From positions 13,144,001 through 13,208,000 of the forward strand of contig OZ059898.1 of assembly GCA_964057225.1 (NCBI GenBank): DNA of 64,000 bases, read 5' to 3'. Positions 13,401-29,324 of the stretch are shown here, one piece after another (the first letter of the stretch is position 1; each line of letters begins with the position of its first letter). The position numbers were made by a program, and so were the translations under genes. Under the pieces are notes generated by a model. It made no database searches. It was not told the origin of the DNA and saw only the letters and a list, made by a program, of their open reading frames with translations. Source of the stretch: Auanema rhodensis (lineage: Eukaryota > Animalia > Nematoda).

Positions 13401-14248
13401 TGTTTTCTTCTCGAAGACGAGTAACTTCTTCTTTGAGGCTGAGCACCGCTGATTGCTATAAGTTAAAAAAATAATTTCATTTCCAATCATAACAATTGCT
13501 TTCTGGAACCCTTTTTTGAACTTTTATCAATTGTATACCAAATTTCATGATTTATGCACCAAAGGAGTTAGAGTAGTAGCTTCCAAACGAGTATATCTTC
13601 AAATCTCTCTGTCAATCTCTTTCTTCAAAACCTCCCCACCCTCTCTCTCTCTATTTCTCTCTCGCTCTCTCCTGCTTTCTCTCTTTCTTTTCTCATTTGT
13701 TTTCAATCTCTCTATCTAACCCTCTTCTCAGTAGCCTCATTTGAAGCTCTCATCAAATTGCCTTTGATGTTTCCTGCTTTGAACGATTTTCATCAAAGTT
13801 AGTTGATAGCCAATTTTCGTTGGCTTTTAAACTTTGTACTCAGGAAAACATAATAAGAAACAGATAATTCTTATTTTCTTTTTTCTTTTCGTAAACGACA
13901 TGTATACTTTCTATTCAAAGCTTCTAATAATTCTCTCATCAACATTCTAACATCATATCAATATCTGTAATGTTTCTGCTTATCCTCTTCATATCTCTGT
14001 TCGTCCTCTCTATGTTTAGATCTCTTGCTCTCTATCTCTTTCACATTCTTCATACATCACACTCGTATATATCAGTGGTTTCTTTCTATCTCTCTCTTAC
14101 AACCTGCTTTACTGGAGCAATGCCAAAACAAGAACAGTTGTCCTTGTGACTTAGCTTTGTCCTTCTCGTCAATATGAGTAAGACGAGTCCATAACTTGGC
14201 TTGTCTTACCTCGCAGCTTCATCACACAATCTCTTGTTGTTTCAGATC

Positions 14249-14296
<48 letters not shown>

Positions 14297-15242
14297 AATT
14301 CTCTCTAGCTGTCTAATAAACCCTTAAGTCAGAATTTCCTCGTTATATCATTGCTCTATGCTACTTAGTTGCTGAAGGCAATACTCATATTCACGTTGTA
14401 AATTGAAAGTTAGGCAACATTGAACTATTTCAAAGGACTGATTGCCAACTTTCTGACGTTCATATGATCTTGGTTTAATTATTAAATGATGGAGTGTAAT
14501 TGAAATATTGTAAACTAAATGAAAACAACAAGGAACTAACGTCATCTTCTGTAGGTGTCATGGCTCGATCTTCTTCGCAAATAGATCCACTGATAGCTGT
14601 TACCATGCTTTTTGTGTCGTTGATGGACTCTTGAGATTTAATGGACGAAAAGCCTTTTGATGTAGCTGATAGGTACGAAGAGACGGACAGAACTTCAGCA
14701 TCATCTGATACTGACACTGAAGAAAAGACAAGCATATAAAGTACGACGCTGAAGTAAAGCGGACGTCAAACTGCAACTCTGCCGACGTCGGCGGATAAGA
14801 GAGGGGGAGACAATTTCCTATTTGGGGTCAGAAACTTGATGGAAGAACTTCTTTTGGGTTGCAAAACAAGCCGATTTTTTTTGAAACAAAAGATGAAATA
14901 AGGCGATGGAAAGGGAGAAACGATGTCATTGAATGGATTGCATATTTCATGTTTGAAGCTACAAAGCGGAAGGCCTTTTTACCTTCATCCGGAGCTCCGT
15001 TGTCGGCTATGCGATCCTTCCAGCTTTTCCTTCGTTCCTTTTTTTGTTGGACTTGTTGCTGAACGTTCAGCATAACGTCATCATGCTTATCCTGTAATTT
15101 GATATTCACATATACATTTATGAATTTCTAAGGATTTTAAACTGAAAATCTGTTATTTCAAACATACTTTGTGCCTAAAACATCGTCTACATCTATCTTT
15201 CAAGTAGTTTTGAGGTTCAAATCCTAGACAAAGATCAGCCAT
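5115..15242 (-). CDS. Large coiled-coil protein, SOGA/MTCL-like (C. elegans tag-241-like), >30 exons
   Basis: ATG 15242 MADLCLGFEPQNYLKDRCRRCFRHK|DKH. Many heptad-rich exons, including the SOGA-like ELQRELEQNAKNCRVLQFKLRKADR. Terminal exon ...KKAAAGLQ* ends at 5115. Confidence 0.8.
6267..6527 (-). CDS. Probable frame-preserving cassette exon (261 nt, phase 2-2) of the coiled-coil gene
   Basis: ctttag|ATGGACAGCT...TCATTCAG|gtagaa; open S/P-rich frame; lies inside unusually long introns. Confidence 0.6.
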
Positions 15243-18200
15243 GCTATGCGTTGATCTTCGCCTAGTAATAGGCTTTGGAGTTAAAACCTTCTGATTTGCT
15301 TGATCAAGAGGCTTCCTTCTCCGTTTCAGCCGGGAATGACTAGCCACAAATCTCAGCGGCTCTGAAATACATGAGAATGATTCGAAAAAAATTTAGAAAA
15401 CAATCTTTGTATTGACAAAACGGAAATGATTGAAAGTTTGATATGAGCAGATTGATTGAAACTGCTACTCGGAGGAGGAGTGATGATGATGATGATGGTG
15501 GTATTGCTGTTAGTGGTGAACATGAGCCAAGTGACTTTGAAGTGAATATCTCTCTTGATATCAGAAGAAAACATCAAGAGAATTTGACTCAATTTCACAA
15601 AAAATCTCATGAAGCGATGTAGGATCATTATCAAACGAAAAAAAAATTTTCAAATAGATAGCCAAAATGAACAACTTGCTCATCAACGTTGATGAAAAAA
15701 GTTTTAAAAATGGAGGTGAATGATGTTGCACGACGATCATTAATCAAGTTTACACACGTCAAAAAAAGGTTTTAAGCCTATATTTTTTGGCTCTTGGCTC
15801 TGGAAAGAAAGAGAATTTAACATAGAATCTGTCGATTTTGCAGTCTATTAGGAAGGAGAAGAAAGGGATGGTTGGACATTTCAACATAAATTCAGTTAGG
15901 TCAAAGGTTATCGTGCTTCAATCTGAGAAAATAAAATAATGATTAAGTTAATTATATAAATTATTATGTAAATTAATAAAAATAGCAATTAAATATAATA
16001 ATAATAATATTATTATTATTGTATTGAAGGCTTGTAATGTTTCAAAGATTTGGGCGATCTAGTGAGGAAAAACGAATGACATGACAGTGGATTTTCTGTT
16101 TGATTTTTATCTATGCTTATCCTTCAAATAACTGTTGCTCCATCCGTCATTAGCAAATTTCAAGAAAAGATTTTTTTCTCGCCGATGACGTCGTCATCGT
16201 TGTCGTGGTGTTCGTGATGCTCACAGTTATCATGCACGACTAATGGAGCACAGGAGAAAATCATCAGATGACAGATAAGAATAGATATAATATAGTTAAC
16301 TATAGCCATATAGTTAATAGACAAAAATAAAAAATTTAATTGAAGAGAAGAAATTGATGAAAATAAATATGTGAAACAGTGCATGTTGGTGCAAACGTCT
16401 TGGCAAATACAACATGTGTCATTAGTGGTGGAGATGGTGAAGACGGTGAGTGGTAAGGAAGAGAAGAAGGGAGGGAGGGCAGTTAGATGATCATAGAAAA
16501 AATTTTAAAATATGTTTCCGGACTTTTGCACTTAATTTTTTGAATTTTGTGAAGAAAAAATGACGAAGAAGCTAACAAGTAAGCTATAATAAGCAACAGA
16601 AGACCTATAGTTGTGGAGCTGGATAAATAGAGAAGATGATTGAGATTTGAAGACAAACAACAGTTTTTGAAAAAAAAAGGAGTAATCTACCTAAATGTTA
16701 TAAATATTATACATTATATAAGATTTATACATATTTATGTGTTAAAGACTTGTAAAAGAAAAAAGATGATCAGCTGTTTAAAGCTTGAAGAATGTTTTAG
16801 AAGTTGCATAAGGCTGTAGCTCTAGCTACGACATGTAGGTGTGAGCAGAGCCGAGGGAATATGATAGTTGAGTAGATTTGAAGAGTTAAGAGAGAATGAG
16901 AGACAACATCAAGAGATAGTGCACTAATTAGGTGAGAAGAAGAATGTTATTTAATGAAATGAAGACTAGTTCGGGGGAGAGAAGCAATTAGAATGAAAAA
17001 TCATATCTGGATGAGAGAAATGAAAAGAGCAACTCTTGGCTGCTCTACATTGGTGCTGGTTAAGGACTCACAGACTCTGATCCACAACACAGTGTGGCGA
17101 CAAGCTCTGATGTTCAAACAGAAGATTTCTAAAAGAAAGAAGAGATGGAGAGTGAACGAGATAAAGTCAACTCTACTGTCTGTCAGATAAAGCATCAAGA
17201 GCCAATAGAGCAAAGAAACGAAGAAAAGCAGAATATGCAGGAGAGATGGAGAGAAGGTGCAATACACAGATAGGGAACGGCAGATCGCTATTCGTCGTCG
17301 TCATAGTCTACATGAGCACAACAAGTGCAGAATGTTTCCCACATTGATGACAGATCAGATTTGGAAAAGTGTGAACAAGACGACGGATGTATAAAGGATA
17401 TGCTGAGGTGTGAAGAAAATAATTTTCAACTTGAAAAGGTTTGCTGATCCAACTTGTCGTCTATTGATGAATGAATAAGTATTGCTGAATGTGAACATAG
17501 AATGCGGTAAAGGAAGAATTGTGCATTACAATGAGAGGGAATAGGGAGAGGAAGAATAGAAGATGCTCCTTTGAGATGCAGATCTTGCGATCAGAATATT
17601 GATTTGAATGAACGTTTGAGAGTAGCAGAAGACGATGTTTGAATGGCCGATCAAATAAAATCTATGAGCTAGCTTGGTAGCAGTAGCATATGGGACACGT
17701 GTGCTCAATGGCTACATGGAACGCTTTTTGTGAATGAAAAATGTGATCAATGTATGATGGAATAAGCTGGTATTGGTGATAAGAGAGAAAAGATGAAGGA
17801 GAAAGAGAAGTGGAATGTTTCGTGGAGATGGTCCATGTCGGTGTTGTAATAATCGTCTGGTCACTCGGACCCCTCTCTCATTTCTTCTATTGTCAGCTTA
17901 GATATTAAGCAAGGTACAGAGAGAGCGAGATGATGAGAGAAATGAGGGAAAGTGAGAGAGAGATGATGAGCTCGATGAGCACGTGAGGCTGGTAGCAGAT
18001 TGAATGAATGAAGGATATGTAGGAGTTCAGGCTAGGCACAACGATTTCGTTGTTGGAGGGATAATGATGAAGATATAGGTGAAAGGAGAGAGTAGTGAAT
18101 AAGATGAAACTGATGTAGTGCGGGGTGAAGATGAACAGGTAACAGTTAGCATAGAATAGAGATGCTAAGTGGAGAGAGAGAGAGAGAGAGAGGGGGGAGA

Positions 18201-20284
18201 TGTCTGCATAGAAAAAGGAGAGTTAATGAAGAGAATGAGACAATGTTGTGGAAGATCTAATAAGATAGATATATAGATAGAAGAAGAGTAATGATGAGAA
18301 GGTGTTCCTTTACCGAGAGAAGAAGAAGCTTCTTTCTATTATTCATCAATTAAATATATCTTCTCTTTGAACCTGAGACGAAATGAATCAGCTTTTTCTC
18401 GCATCATTTCTTCTCAATTACCATATATGAACAAGAAATAGATATATGAATAGATCTATCTCTCTCTCTTTCTCTTTCTATCTTTCTCTCTTTCTCTCTC
18501 TATCTCTATCTTTCTGAAAAGCTCGTTAACCATATGTTGTTCGAAAAAATGAGAAAGAAAAAATATATAATTAAGATGATAAAGTGCAGTAATGGACATT
18601 AATATAATATATAAGATAGAAGCAAGTACAACCGCTCATAGTGTCAGCATTGACTCAAAATAAATATGTGTTTACGTGAAATTGGACGTATAATATGCTA
18701 ATGTGAGGAAACGTTTAAGCTTTTACCTGCCGTAATCTCCGTTTCATTTCTTAAGTTTTGAACAGAAAAAGTTGGAAAAAAAGCTTGTTATTGTTTTACA
18801 AAATTATAAATTACTTGGTGATTGACACAAATCATTCACCAAAGCTCAGTCATGAACAGATGCCCAGTGCACATGTATATAGCTTGCTCAAAACTTTATT
18901 TAAAACTTGTTTATTAATTTTCAACTATTTTAAGCTGATGTAATAAATAATTTGATTATTTCAAAGTTTGTAATAAAAAAATCAATTAAAACATGTACTT
19001 AATGAAGTGATAAGTATCAAATCTTCACCTGTCATTGTTATTTCAATTTCAAACAGTTTTTCAATCTTGTAAGTTCGATCAAGCATCAACTATCATTCTT
19101 ATCATAATATTTTTCAATTTTTGTCCAAAAATTTCTTTTTTTTTTCAATTTTTCAGTCAAGTTGTTGTATAAGGAGCATGTGTATAAACATTAATAAGCT
19201 AACATTGGCAAACAGTAGAATTTGACAAATGTGAAATGAAATATCAGTTGAAAATCTTTTATATAAACTATAATTGTATTATAATAAATATTTTATAATT
19301 AGAATAATTAGAAAATTATAATTTTCTTGCTGAGAAAATAAAAGAAAAACATTCTTACTTTGCTAAAGCCTTGAACTTTCCTTTATGGAAAGCGTACTGA
19401 CGATTTATGGACGAAATCAGTCGTTCGTTGGTCGTGAATCGTGTTGTTGGCGAAGACTAGCACTGATTATCTCATTGGATATGAGAGGAATGATGATGAC
19501 AGAACTGTTTTTTGCCCTCTCTCTCTCTCTATCTTCCTCTCCCTCTCCCCTCTCTCTCTCTATTCGATTTTGTATTTTTTTGCTTTTCTTCCAATAGTCT
19601 CTATCAATTGGCTTCCTCTCAAAGCTTCAAGCCGATCAAAGTTATCGGAGGTAAGCATAATGACGTTTGCTTGCTATTACTCGCAAAAGACAACAATTAA
19701 CAAGAAAGAAGTAAGATGTAAGATGTGATTAGAAAATATTTTCTTCATGAGAGTCTTCTTGTTAAAAATGAATATGATAACAAAGTATAAAGAGAAAAGA
19801 GGGGTATTGGAAGAGATTGAGAGAGTGAGAAAGAAAGAAAGAGGTAATGAGTCAAGGAGTGAAGCATTATGTCATCAAAAACTATTTGTGATGTTCTTTC
19901 TTCATTCTATAGTATTTAGCAGAACATCTTCACGTTAGACCTCGATAATCTCTGTTTCTCTCTTAATCTATTAACCACTTATCATCTCTCTCTCTCTCTT
20001 TCTCTTTCTCTCTTTCTGTATCTTTCCTATTGTTATAATAAAGAGAATTTTCCCCATAATTGGTTAACAACGTGGTCATGTTGATCAAACCTACTGTGAA
20101 GTATTATGGTCATTGGTTGATCAGTTATTTTCCTGTTTATAATAGAAAGAGGAACACGAAAAAGCTGACTATAAGTATAAAAAGTATTTGAAAAAAAGAT
20201 AAAATTTTAGAATATACACAGCACACCAAGTAAGTAAGTAAGTAACTAAGTAAGTAAGTAGAAGATAACTTTTGGAAATAATAT

Positions 20285-20288
<4 letters not shown>

Positions 20289-20338
<50 letters not shown>
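20289..20338. repeat. (GA)n microsatellite
   Basis: Direct run. Confidence 0.9.
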
Positions 20339-20339
<1 letters not shown>

Positions 20340-21596
20340 AGATTAGCTGTTGATAGAGTCAGCTTTTAAGCAGAGTTAAGAAAGATTAGAAAAAGTTAAC
20401 GTTAATCATATAGCAAGATATAATAATAATAAATGAATATAAAAATAAGATTTATGGAATAATCTAATGAACTTACTACATTTATTATGTATAATCTTCT
20501 GATAACGTCGCCATTTAGCCCTCAAGTAAAGACGAAATCGAAAAAAAGCCAAAGCTTGTACCATCTATATTCTGAAATAACATAAATTAGCGAAATCAGA
20601 TACATATAGTTAATAGATTATGAATAATACGAGAGAAATAAGGTAACTGTAAACAATAAAGCATTAGAATTCAAAGTGTTTCATGAAAATGAAAAGAAAA
20701 TATAAGAGATAGAGAGTGAAAAGTGAAAGCTTTATTAAGTTATAAAACGATCTTGTGGTGGTTTATAAACTAAACTTTGTGAGAATATGTGAGCGTATAT
20801 CCTATGTATGAATAATGTGGAAAGGAGAGCCGGAAATTGAAATCCATATTTTGGGGGTATCAGAACGGCTGAAATGATGTCCACTTCCCGTTTTACATGA
20901 AAAAGAAGTCTGTCTTGTGATGATGATGAGCATGGCTTCATTGATAACATTAATGTAATGATAGAAACGTTTTTGATGCCAAAAAAGTAATATAATTAGT
21001 ATAGTTTAGCTAAATTTTTACATATAATTTAATTAAATGGTAGGGTATGCTTATAAAGGGAAGGAGTGAGGGAGGGAGGGAGGGAGGGAGGGAGAGAGAG
21101 TGACAAACTAATCTGAATATATAATTTAAGTGCTCATTGCATTGAGTAGGCTAACACAGCCTTTTTTGAAAAAATAATAAATTCAAATTCTTTTCCAAGT
21201 TCTTTCAGCCCTTCCATATAAGCTGTCTGCCATCTGGAATAACAGAGCATCAATACTGAAAGTAAATTTTTAAAATGGAATGATTAAAAGAGTGAAGGGA
21301 TGGAGGTAGAGGGAAAGAGATAGAGGGGAAGTGTGAAGTAGTTGAAGAGTAGAAGAGAATGAAGGTTCTTCTACAGAATGAGCATATTCTCTCAACAGTT
21401 TATGAAGTACAACCGTTCTCAAGTGTTGAATCGAATGAAATGACGGAAATCTACGTGAGATATTCACGTCGTCTGTTTTTGGTGTTTAAGTGTGGATAGT
21501 GAAATGAACGAACAACAAAACTTCTGTCTGTTGGCCTTCTCATTGTGTATGTAACTAGCAATAGTGAGTAGAAATAAGAATTCATGAGAATAGCTC

Positions 21597-21737
<141 letters not shown>

Positions 21738-24700
21738 CCATCTGTGTTTATGTGTGTATGCTTGCCACAAAAAGCAGTAAGTGACTGGTCATCACACACG
21801 AATCTCATGACTTCACCCGGTCTTTTTCGAAAAAGATTCCTGAAGCTTGCTTAATGTTTTTCCTCATTCATTACTCCACACTACTAACCTCTCGTATTCC
21901 CATATTTTCAACTATTTCTTCAATATGTATCGCATCCGAATGCAGCTTTTTTTTCTTTTTAAAGCTTGTGACTCAATGAGCAGGTAAGGTGCTCGTTTGT
22001 CCACTTGCCCGTCGAATTTGAGAAATCTACCATGCATAATGGACGATCTATGCATGTCTACGTGTTTGTCAGTTTGTTCATTCTTCTGTTCCAACCATGA
22101 AACAATGGACGAAAATATTTTATATTTTCCATTCAAATTATAAGCATTTGAAGACGTTTTCTGGAAAAAAATAATAAAAAATAAAAGTTATTGCTATAAG
22201 GAATATAAAAAAATAAAAAAATAATATTGTAAAAATAGTACAGGATAAAGATATTAATATAAACTTAAGTTTAATCTTGAAAAGCCATGTGATCTCACTT
22301 GCTTTTCGCTCTCTCTCTCGCCTTCACCCTCTCTTTCGTGTTCGCGTCTTCCCCGTGGCTATTCAAATCAAAGTTATTGGGTTTTTGATATATAAGCTTG
22401 TTCTTATATTAATAAACGATTGGAAGAAATAAGAGGATAAGTGACTAGAAAAAATATTTGAGATGGAAATTATGAATTTTGGTCAAACGAAGTAAGTTAG
22501 AAGTACAGATTTGTGGACATTTATGATTCTCGAATACACTTTAAGAGAAAAATGTCTTGCAAGTATTGTTTTGCAAATGAAAATGAGAATGAGAAGAACG
22601 ACTGAGAGAGCAGTTTAAGAGAGAAAGATAGAAAGATTGAATGAGGTACCTGAATTAAGAAGCTATTTAACCATTGTTGAATGCAAAAATTAAATGAAGA
22701 AACGGGGGGTAACGTACATACAAGGAATGAAATCATGCTCTCTTAATCGAGACGGAGAAACATGAAAGAAGGCAAATGACTGAAGGAGGGATTATTGCCT
22801 GAGGGCTTAAAGAGTGGAACATAAAGGCAACAGGGGCTCTTATATCACATGAAGAATATTGGAAGAAGGATAGATGATAGTGAATACTTCATAAATCTCC
22901 TAACCATATGTAATCTAGTAAACATATAGCACTGAATGAGAGAGAGAGAGAGAGAGAGTTATGTATATTCGGAAGAGAAAGGTCAGACTATTAGTGCAAA
23001 TGTTATTTAAAAGAATTTTTTTTCTTTTTCTCATGACTGACTATGCCATTTGCCACTAATTTTGGCGGTGAAAATCGTTATAAACTTATAATTTTTTCAT
23101 ATTTTTAATAAAACAAAACGGAAAGAAATATGTTCTATCTGAGAAGAAAGGACGAAAAAAAGCTGACAAAAAGGAATCCAAGGATTAGTATTGACATACA
23201 GACCAAGTAAAGAGTGGATGTATTCACATGTACATACATAGTATATATAGTATGTTTGACGTAATAGTAGAAATACATAGATTTATACGTTTTTTAACCT
23301 CAACTATGCATGAATATAAACATATAATATAAATTTATTTAAGTAAGTAAGTAATACAAAACATTTATTCTGAATATTAAAAGTTCTTTTTAATATATTT
23401 TATTATATAATACTATACTATATACTATGCTATATAATTAATAATTGTTATATTATATTACCTATGTCTATATCTATATATAGAAGATATACTATATTGA
23501 TTTCATTCATTTTATTTAAATTTATTTTTTGAAAAAAAAAAAACTTTAGAGAAAAATATTTTAAAGAAAAAAAAATGAGATAAGAATTATAAATTAATAT
23601 TAAAATGTTGAAGATTATGTTTGACATCATCTATCAGCTGATTTAATTATATGTATAATTATATATTTTATTATAAATATATTTTTAAATAATCATTCTA
23701 TTATTATTCTTGTAATTCTTCTTCTTCTTTTTTTTTCTTCTTCTTTGGGCAAATATAAAAAAAAACGATCTAACATGAGAAAGATGATTCTAAACATTAT
23801 CATGAATTCGTAGAATTACATCGAAACATGTATATTCTTTTTCTTTTCTTTTTTGTTTTATTTTTCTAATTAAAACTATAAATTATATTTAATATTATAT
23901 TATAAAAATACACAGCTTAAACAACCGCACATGTGAAAGGTAATCAGTTGAAATGGATATGACGTGAAAATCACGTAAAATCACGTCAAATCAAGATATA
24001 TGCATGCTAATTTATTTTTTATTATTCATTATACTATGCATAGTAGTACTAAGTGAAAGTTTGTGATCTTGAGAACGAATATACTGAGCCTATGCACTTT
24101 TGCCTAGTTTCACCTCCTTTCCCCCCTTCTTCGTATCATTCTTTCTGCTTAATATTGCTCAGTATTCTATTCGATCACGTTTGCATACTTCCCTTCCAGT
24201 CTGATCTCTGGCTCAATTTGCTCATTTCTCCGCAAATTATCATCTTTGATTATCGAATAATATTTTTTTTGCTCAGACAGACAAGATAAATCATGAAAAT
24301 ATGCTATGAGTTGACGCCTTTCATCTGAGAATTAGCTGGATAACGTGAAATCAGCAAATATTACGGTTGTCATGTATATCAGACGCTGTCTACTGACGAC
24401 GTCGTCACTTTTTCTGTCTGTGAACGAACTAGAGCAGACGACGGTAAAGCAAGCTTTGTAGGCATGTTTTTCATTTTCCTACATCGTCAGTAGCAGTGGT
24501 TCTCGTCGCAGTGAAGGGAAAAACGGAGGGTAATGAAGCATGATGACAGGGAAATAGGGAGAGTGAAAGTCTGATGACGAAAGACTACGTCAAAACGGAC
24601 AGGGCGCATGTTGAAACAGGATAGACAACGGAAGGAAGCACAGAGCACATGTTGATATAAGAAAATGGTTGAAGACAGTGATAGAGAAGAGAGTATAGCT

Positions 24701-26456
24701 GATAGAAAATGAAAATACAAGATGTTAGAGCAAAACCAGAGAGAAAAAGAACTGAACAGTAGAGAAAAACGATCAGCCGGTCATAAAGCTTGTCCGGAAT
24801 AGTTAAAGTAGACAATGTGTTGAACAACTTTCTTTGATAGGGCTTTTCCCTTCGGTTAGTATCTTGAAAGTTTTATTTGTGATTCGATCTTGCCTGCTTT
24901 ACTGGACGATGAGTAATGACTTCTGAATTTCCACGCTGTGCATCATCATGCTCTTCCTCTTTCTTTTTTTGGACTGTTTCGTTCAGTGAAGTGCTGAATT
25001 CTTCAAATATTTCGCAAGTCATGCTTCAATCGTTGTATGCCGTTATCTCTCATTCATCATTCATTCTCCCCTCCCTTCCTACAAATCTTAACTCTTCTTC
25101 GGTTTGGAGATAACGAGCATTGATGATGACCGAAACGAGAAAAGCTCCTTTTTAGACCTTTAATCAGTCAGAGCTCACAGCCCTTGATCACCTGTCCATG
25201 TTTGTTCTGCTCTTCGTTGTTTCGCCTGCTCACCGGCATCGCTTCGGTGTTGATGAGAAAATTTGTCGTCGTCACCATCTGAAGACGAAACTCTGACAAA
25301 AACTCGAGATTACCGTATGTTTCAAGAATCAGTGTTTCTTCTATCAATGACAACATCCATTATCTCAAAAATTATTTTGGAACAATATAAGACATGACTT
25401 CAATTTTGCTCACTCCTGTGTCGGACGTTATGAATCAGGAATTACTCAACTTCGATGAATAAGCTTTGACGCCATTCTCTGCAGCTTGTTTGCTCTTAGA
25501 CCATTAACTTGCATTTCTTGATAATTTCATTTCTTTCTCATATTCATTTCAAACGTTTTCATTTTCATGTTCGCACACACTATTCAACCATGCTATAACT
25601 CCGCCTATTGCTCCCGGTTGGACTGTCGAGCACGTCCATGTGATTTTCTTTCATCTCTCTCACTTCTTCATTGTCTCTCATTCTCTCTCTCTACTATTTC
25701 TGGAATTCACAGTCTCCTCATCTCTCATTATTTCATCATTTGACCATATACCTGCTCTCTCTTTTCCTCTTTCTGTATCTATGTTGCCTCGGAGGCTCGT
25801 TGTCGTTTTTGCGGAAATCAACGTTCACAGTCCCCACCCCTTTTTGCCTAAGGCATTTGCTTCCGTCTTCTACGTACCGTCACACGTCTATTCATCAACA
25901 ACCTCGCTCATACAGTTGTGCTTTTAGATTTGAAGCAAATTATTTCTTCATTATCATCATCAAGCCTCAGCCTTGCTTTGTCTTATTCTTGAATCGCTTC
26001 TTTTCAATCATTCTTGAGCAACTGAAGGGCTGAGAAGCTGCTGTCGCTCAACGACAGTCCACATTGATTGGATACATTCGCGATGAGTATGCGAATGGTT
26101 TTCAGGTGATTATCAAGTGGATATTATTCTTCTACAGCTATTTCTATGAATATTCTTACTATACTTCTGCCAATACTTCTTCATTTTTTTCAATTTTACT
26201 GCTTTTTTCTAGCTTTTTGTATCTTCTTTTCAGCTTATCTTTAGGCTAGATCTATCGTACATATTATGAAGCATTTTATTTTCAAGATATTTTGAATATC
26301 AGAATTTATTTTTCTTCTTTATATTTTCATTTTTCAATTTTCTATTTCTGAATTATCAGCTTCTATTCCGCTTTACTTCTTCAGTTTACCTTTAAACTTC
26401 GTCTTTTCTTATAATTTTGTTGCAGAAAACGTGAAGAAAGCAGTGCAATAGCCCGA

Positions 26457-29281
26457 ATGGGGGCCATGTCACGTGCTAGTCTCGTACATGGTACGAATCA
26501 TAATCAGAATGATACATGGTTTGATGTAGATTCCTTCCTTCTAGTAAGTTATATTATATTTCAAGTTGTAAGCTTATTCATTCATATCGTATTCCAACTT
26601 ATTTCATTCACTTTCATTCTTTTTTTTACATTTTTAATGGAAATTTGATCGATAAATGCATTTTGATCAAGAAAAGCATTTTACCTGGAGTTTGGTTTCA
26701 AACATATGTTTCTTTCTTTATATAAGTACATTTGCGCACAAGTCGCATCTTATCCTGCTCATATTTCCATTCAAGCTCGTTATTCTTCTATCTCTTTGCC
26801 TCGTCATTCTGTCTTCTATGGGAGAAGAAGTGGACTAGTCGTCATTCCCTTTTTCTTCTGATTCTGATGCTAAAGCGTAGTAGTATGAAGCAGCAGCTTA
26901 AGCTGACGAAGAAACATAAGCAAGTAGGCAAAATCATGAAATATATGAAAAAGTGCCATTATGCTTGTCGATCAGTAGAAGCGAAAGATGCAACATACTT
27001 GTCTGTGTTGTTCCGGTATTTGACTTATGGATTAGTGAATGAGCAGAATGCCCATTGTTATCAGTTTCGATCACTGAAGCCTTGCTTATGAAAACCTTGT
27101 ATTCATCCAGCATAGTCTTAAGTCAATTCATCATTGTTCAGGTTGCAAAAGAGAAATTCAAAGTGGTTCATAAAGCTTCTGCTTGTTGACCTTGCTCTTG
27201 TCCATCTCACACAATTTCTCTTTCAATCTCCTTCACACAAAGAACTTTTTCACTTTTCGCATCACAATAACACATCAGTTGGATAGTGAAGAAGTCTATT
27301 TTTCTTCATCATCTCTTTCAATGTTATGAATTTATCCTTTTTCATTTCATCTTAATCATTTTTCTTTCACTTGCATCCACTAGAGACCATATCTGGTAGA
27401 TACATATTGGTCCAAAGTGTGTTAGAGCATTGAAAGAACAAACTGGATATCAATACGATAGAACCGAATCAAGAAGAATATCGTTTTGTTTTCATTTCAA
27501 GTAGATATTGAGAATTTTTGAACATTTAGTCGTCTTCCTCTTTTCCAAATGCTTCATGAGTTCAGAAGTTCACTTGTGGTTTTCACTCCTCAAACCAAGT
27601 AAGGTTACAGCTTTTCATCTTATTTTTTGTAATTTCTGAAGACAGCTCATCGTCTTATGCTGGTTATAAGTTTATTCTCTTCTTCAAAACAATCATAAAA
27701 ATGACTTGATAGATTTTGATTGAAGTTATAATAGAATAGGCAACAGGGTATTATGAGTAAGCTTGTTTCGGCCGATGACCAAGAACTTCTAAAACCTGCT
27801 CATATGCAAACAAATGCCATAATAGGAAGTCAAATTACTAGATTGTAAGTGGTCCAGATGACTCAACTTCTAGGTCTTTATAAGAACTTACATCAAACGT
27901 TCTCCATGTTTAATCTGTTGAGTGTTGAGGAGCCAAAGATTGATTTCATCGAGCAGAAAAACGTTTCTAGCATGATTTCTAATCATTTAAGATTAAAATA
28001 TTTTGTCGTTTCGACTAGTTTACGAGCAGCAAAATGAAGCTCACACATGCAGTTCCGTAAATTGAAACCAGTGAGTTAATCTGATTAGATCAACATTCTT
28101 CTCTTCTCATCATGAGTTCGGTTTCAAATAGAAACGTTTATAGTAGGTGTAGCTTACCCGATCGACAGTTCCGGTAATTTGGAGCGGAAGTGATGATAAG
28201 CTTGGCGATCTGTCAACAGCAGGTCTTGTCAGAACATACTTTCTGCTCACTACAATTAGTCTGTTCCTGCTCTTTGTCTTCAACATTCTCCGATCTCTCA
28301 TTATCTGTCCAGCAATTTCGGTCAGTTCTCTCGCTCGTTCGCTCTCCTTGTGCCCTCTGCAGCTCCTCTCTTCACTGAATGTTGTCGTTTTTCGCCAGGG
28401 GAGGGCCAATGCTGTCGCCGTCTATGCTGTTTTGTGCTGCTTCTGTTTATATTTGACCGATACTTCGTTTCGCTTTCGTTCTGCATCACATCTGCTCTCA
28501 TCTATACTCATAGTCTCTGCTCAAAACACACTATATCCGGGCATTCTTTCTCATTATTTGTATAAAGACCTCCAGTCTTTCTCCATGAAAATCGGCCGAT
28601 GACAAGCTAAGAGGGAAGAAAATATGGATACAAGGATGTATGAAAAGCGAAGGGGGAAACGGGATGAAGAAATTGTATTGTAGATTGGCGTACGATACAT
28701 AACCCTTGGGCATTTCTCATCCGCCGAAAGGTGAAAGAATACATGCTGTCGATCAAACTTTAAACAGTTTGCTCGCAATCGCCTATTCTCGTCTTCAAAT
28801 TCTGTATGAAAGAATGGGTCTCTAGAGGGAAGTGAAGATGGGTTTTCCGAGAAAAAAAAGTTTTTTGTGGAAAATATCTGGATTTTTGAATATATTCTTT
28901 CCTCTATAGTCTCATTTCATTTATCGTTTTTTCAATGTTTCATTGCAAACCCTTTACTCGATGGGGAGGGGGGAGGGACAACTGAAAGCTTTGTCAATAT
29001 TCAATTGCTATTCAGCCCTTTTTCTTCTGAAAACTGTATCTCAAAGAAATGTGACAATATTTCAGATTTTCCTTTATAAAATCATTGGAAGTAGTTGTGT
29101 ATAACAAGAATACTTGAGAAATTTTTATTTTCTATCGTAATGCTGATTGTGACTAGAAAATTGGTTCAGCTTCTTGACGTACGGTATTGGCAATTGGTGA
29201 CAACGGCTAGGCAGCTTAGAAAAACACTACAGAGCGCTGACTGTATGATATAACCAAGAGAAGAAAAACGAATAACGAAAA

Positions 29282-29324
<43 letters not shown>
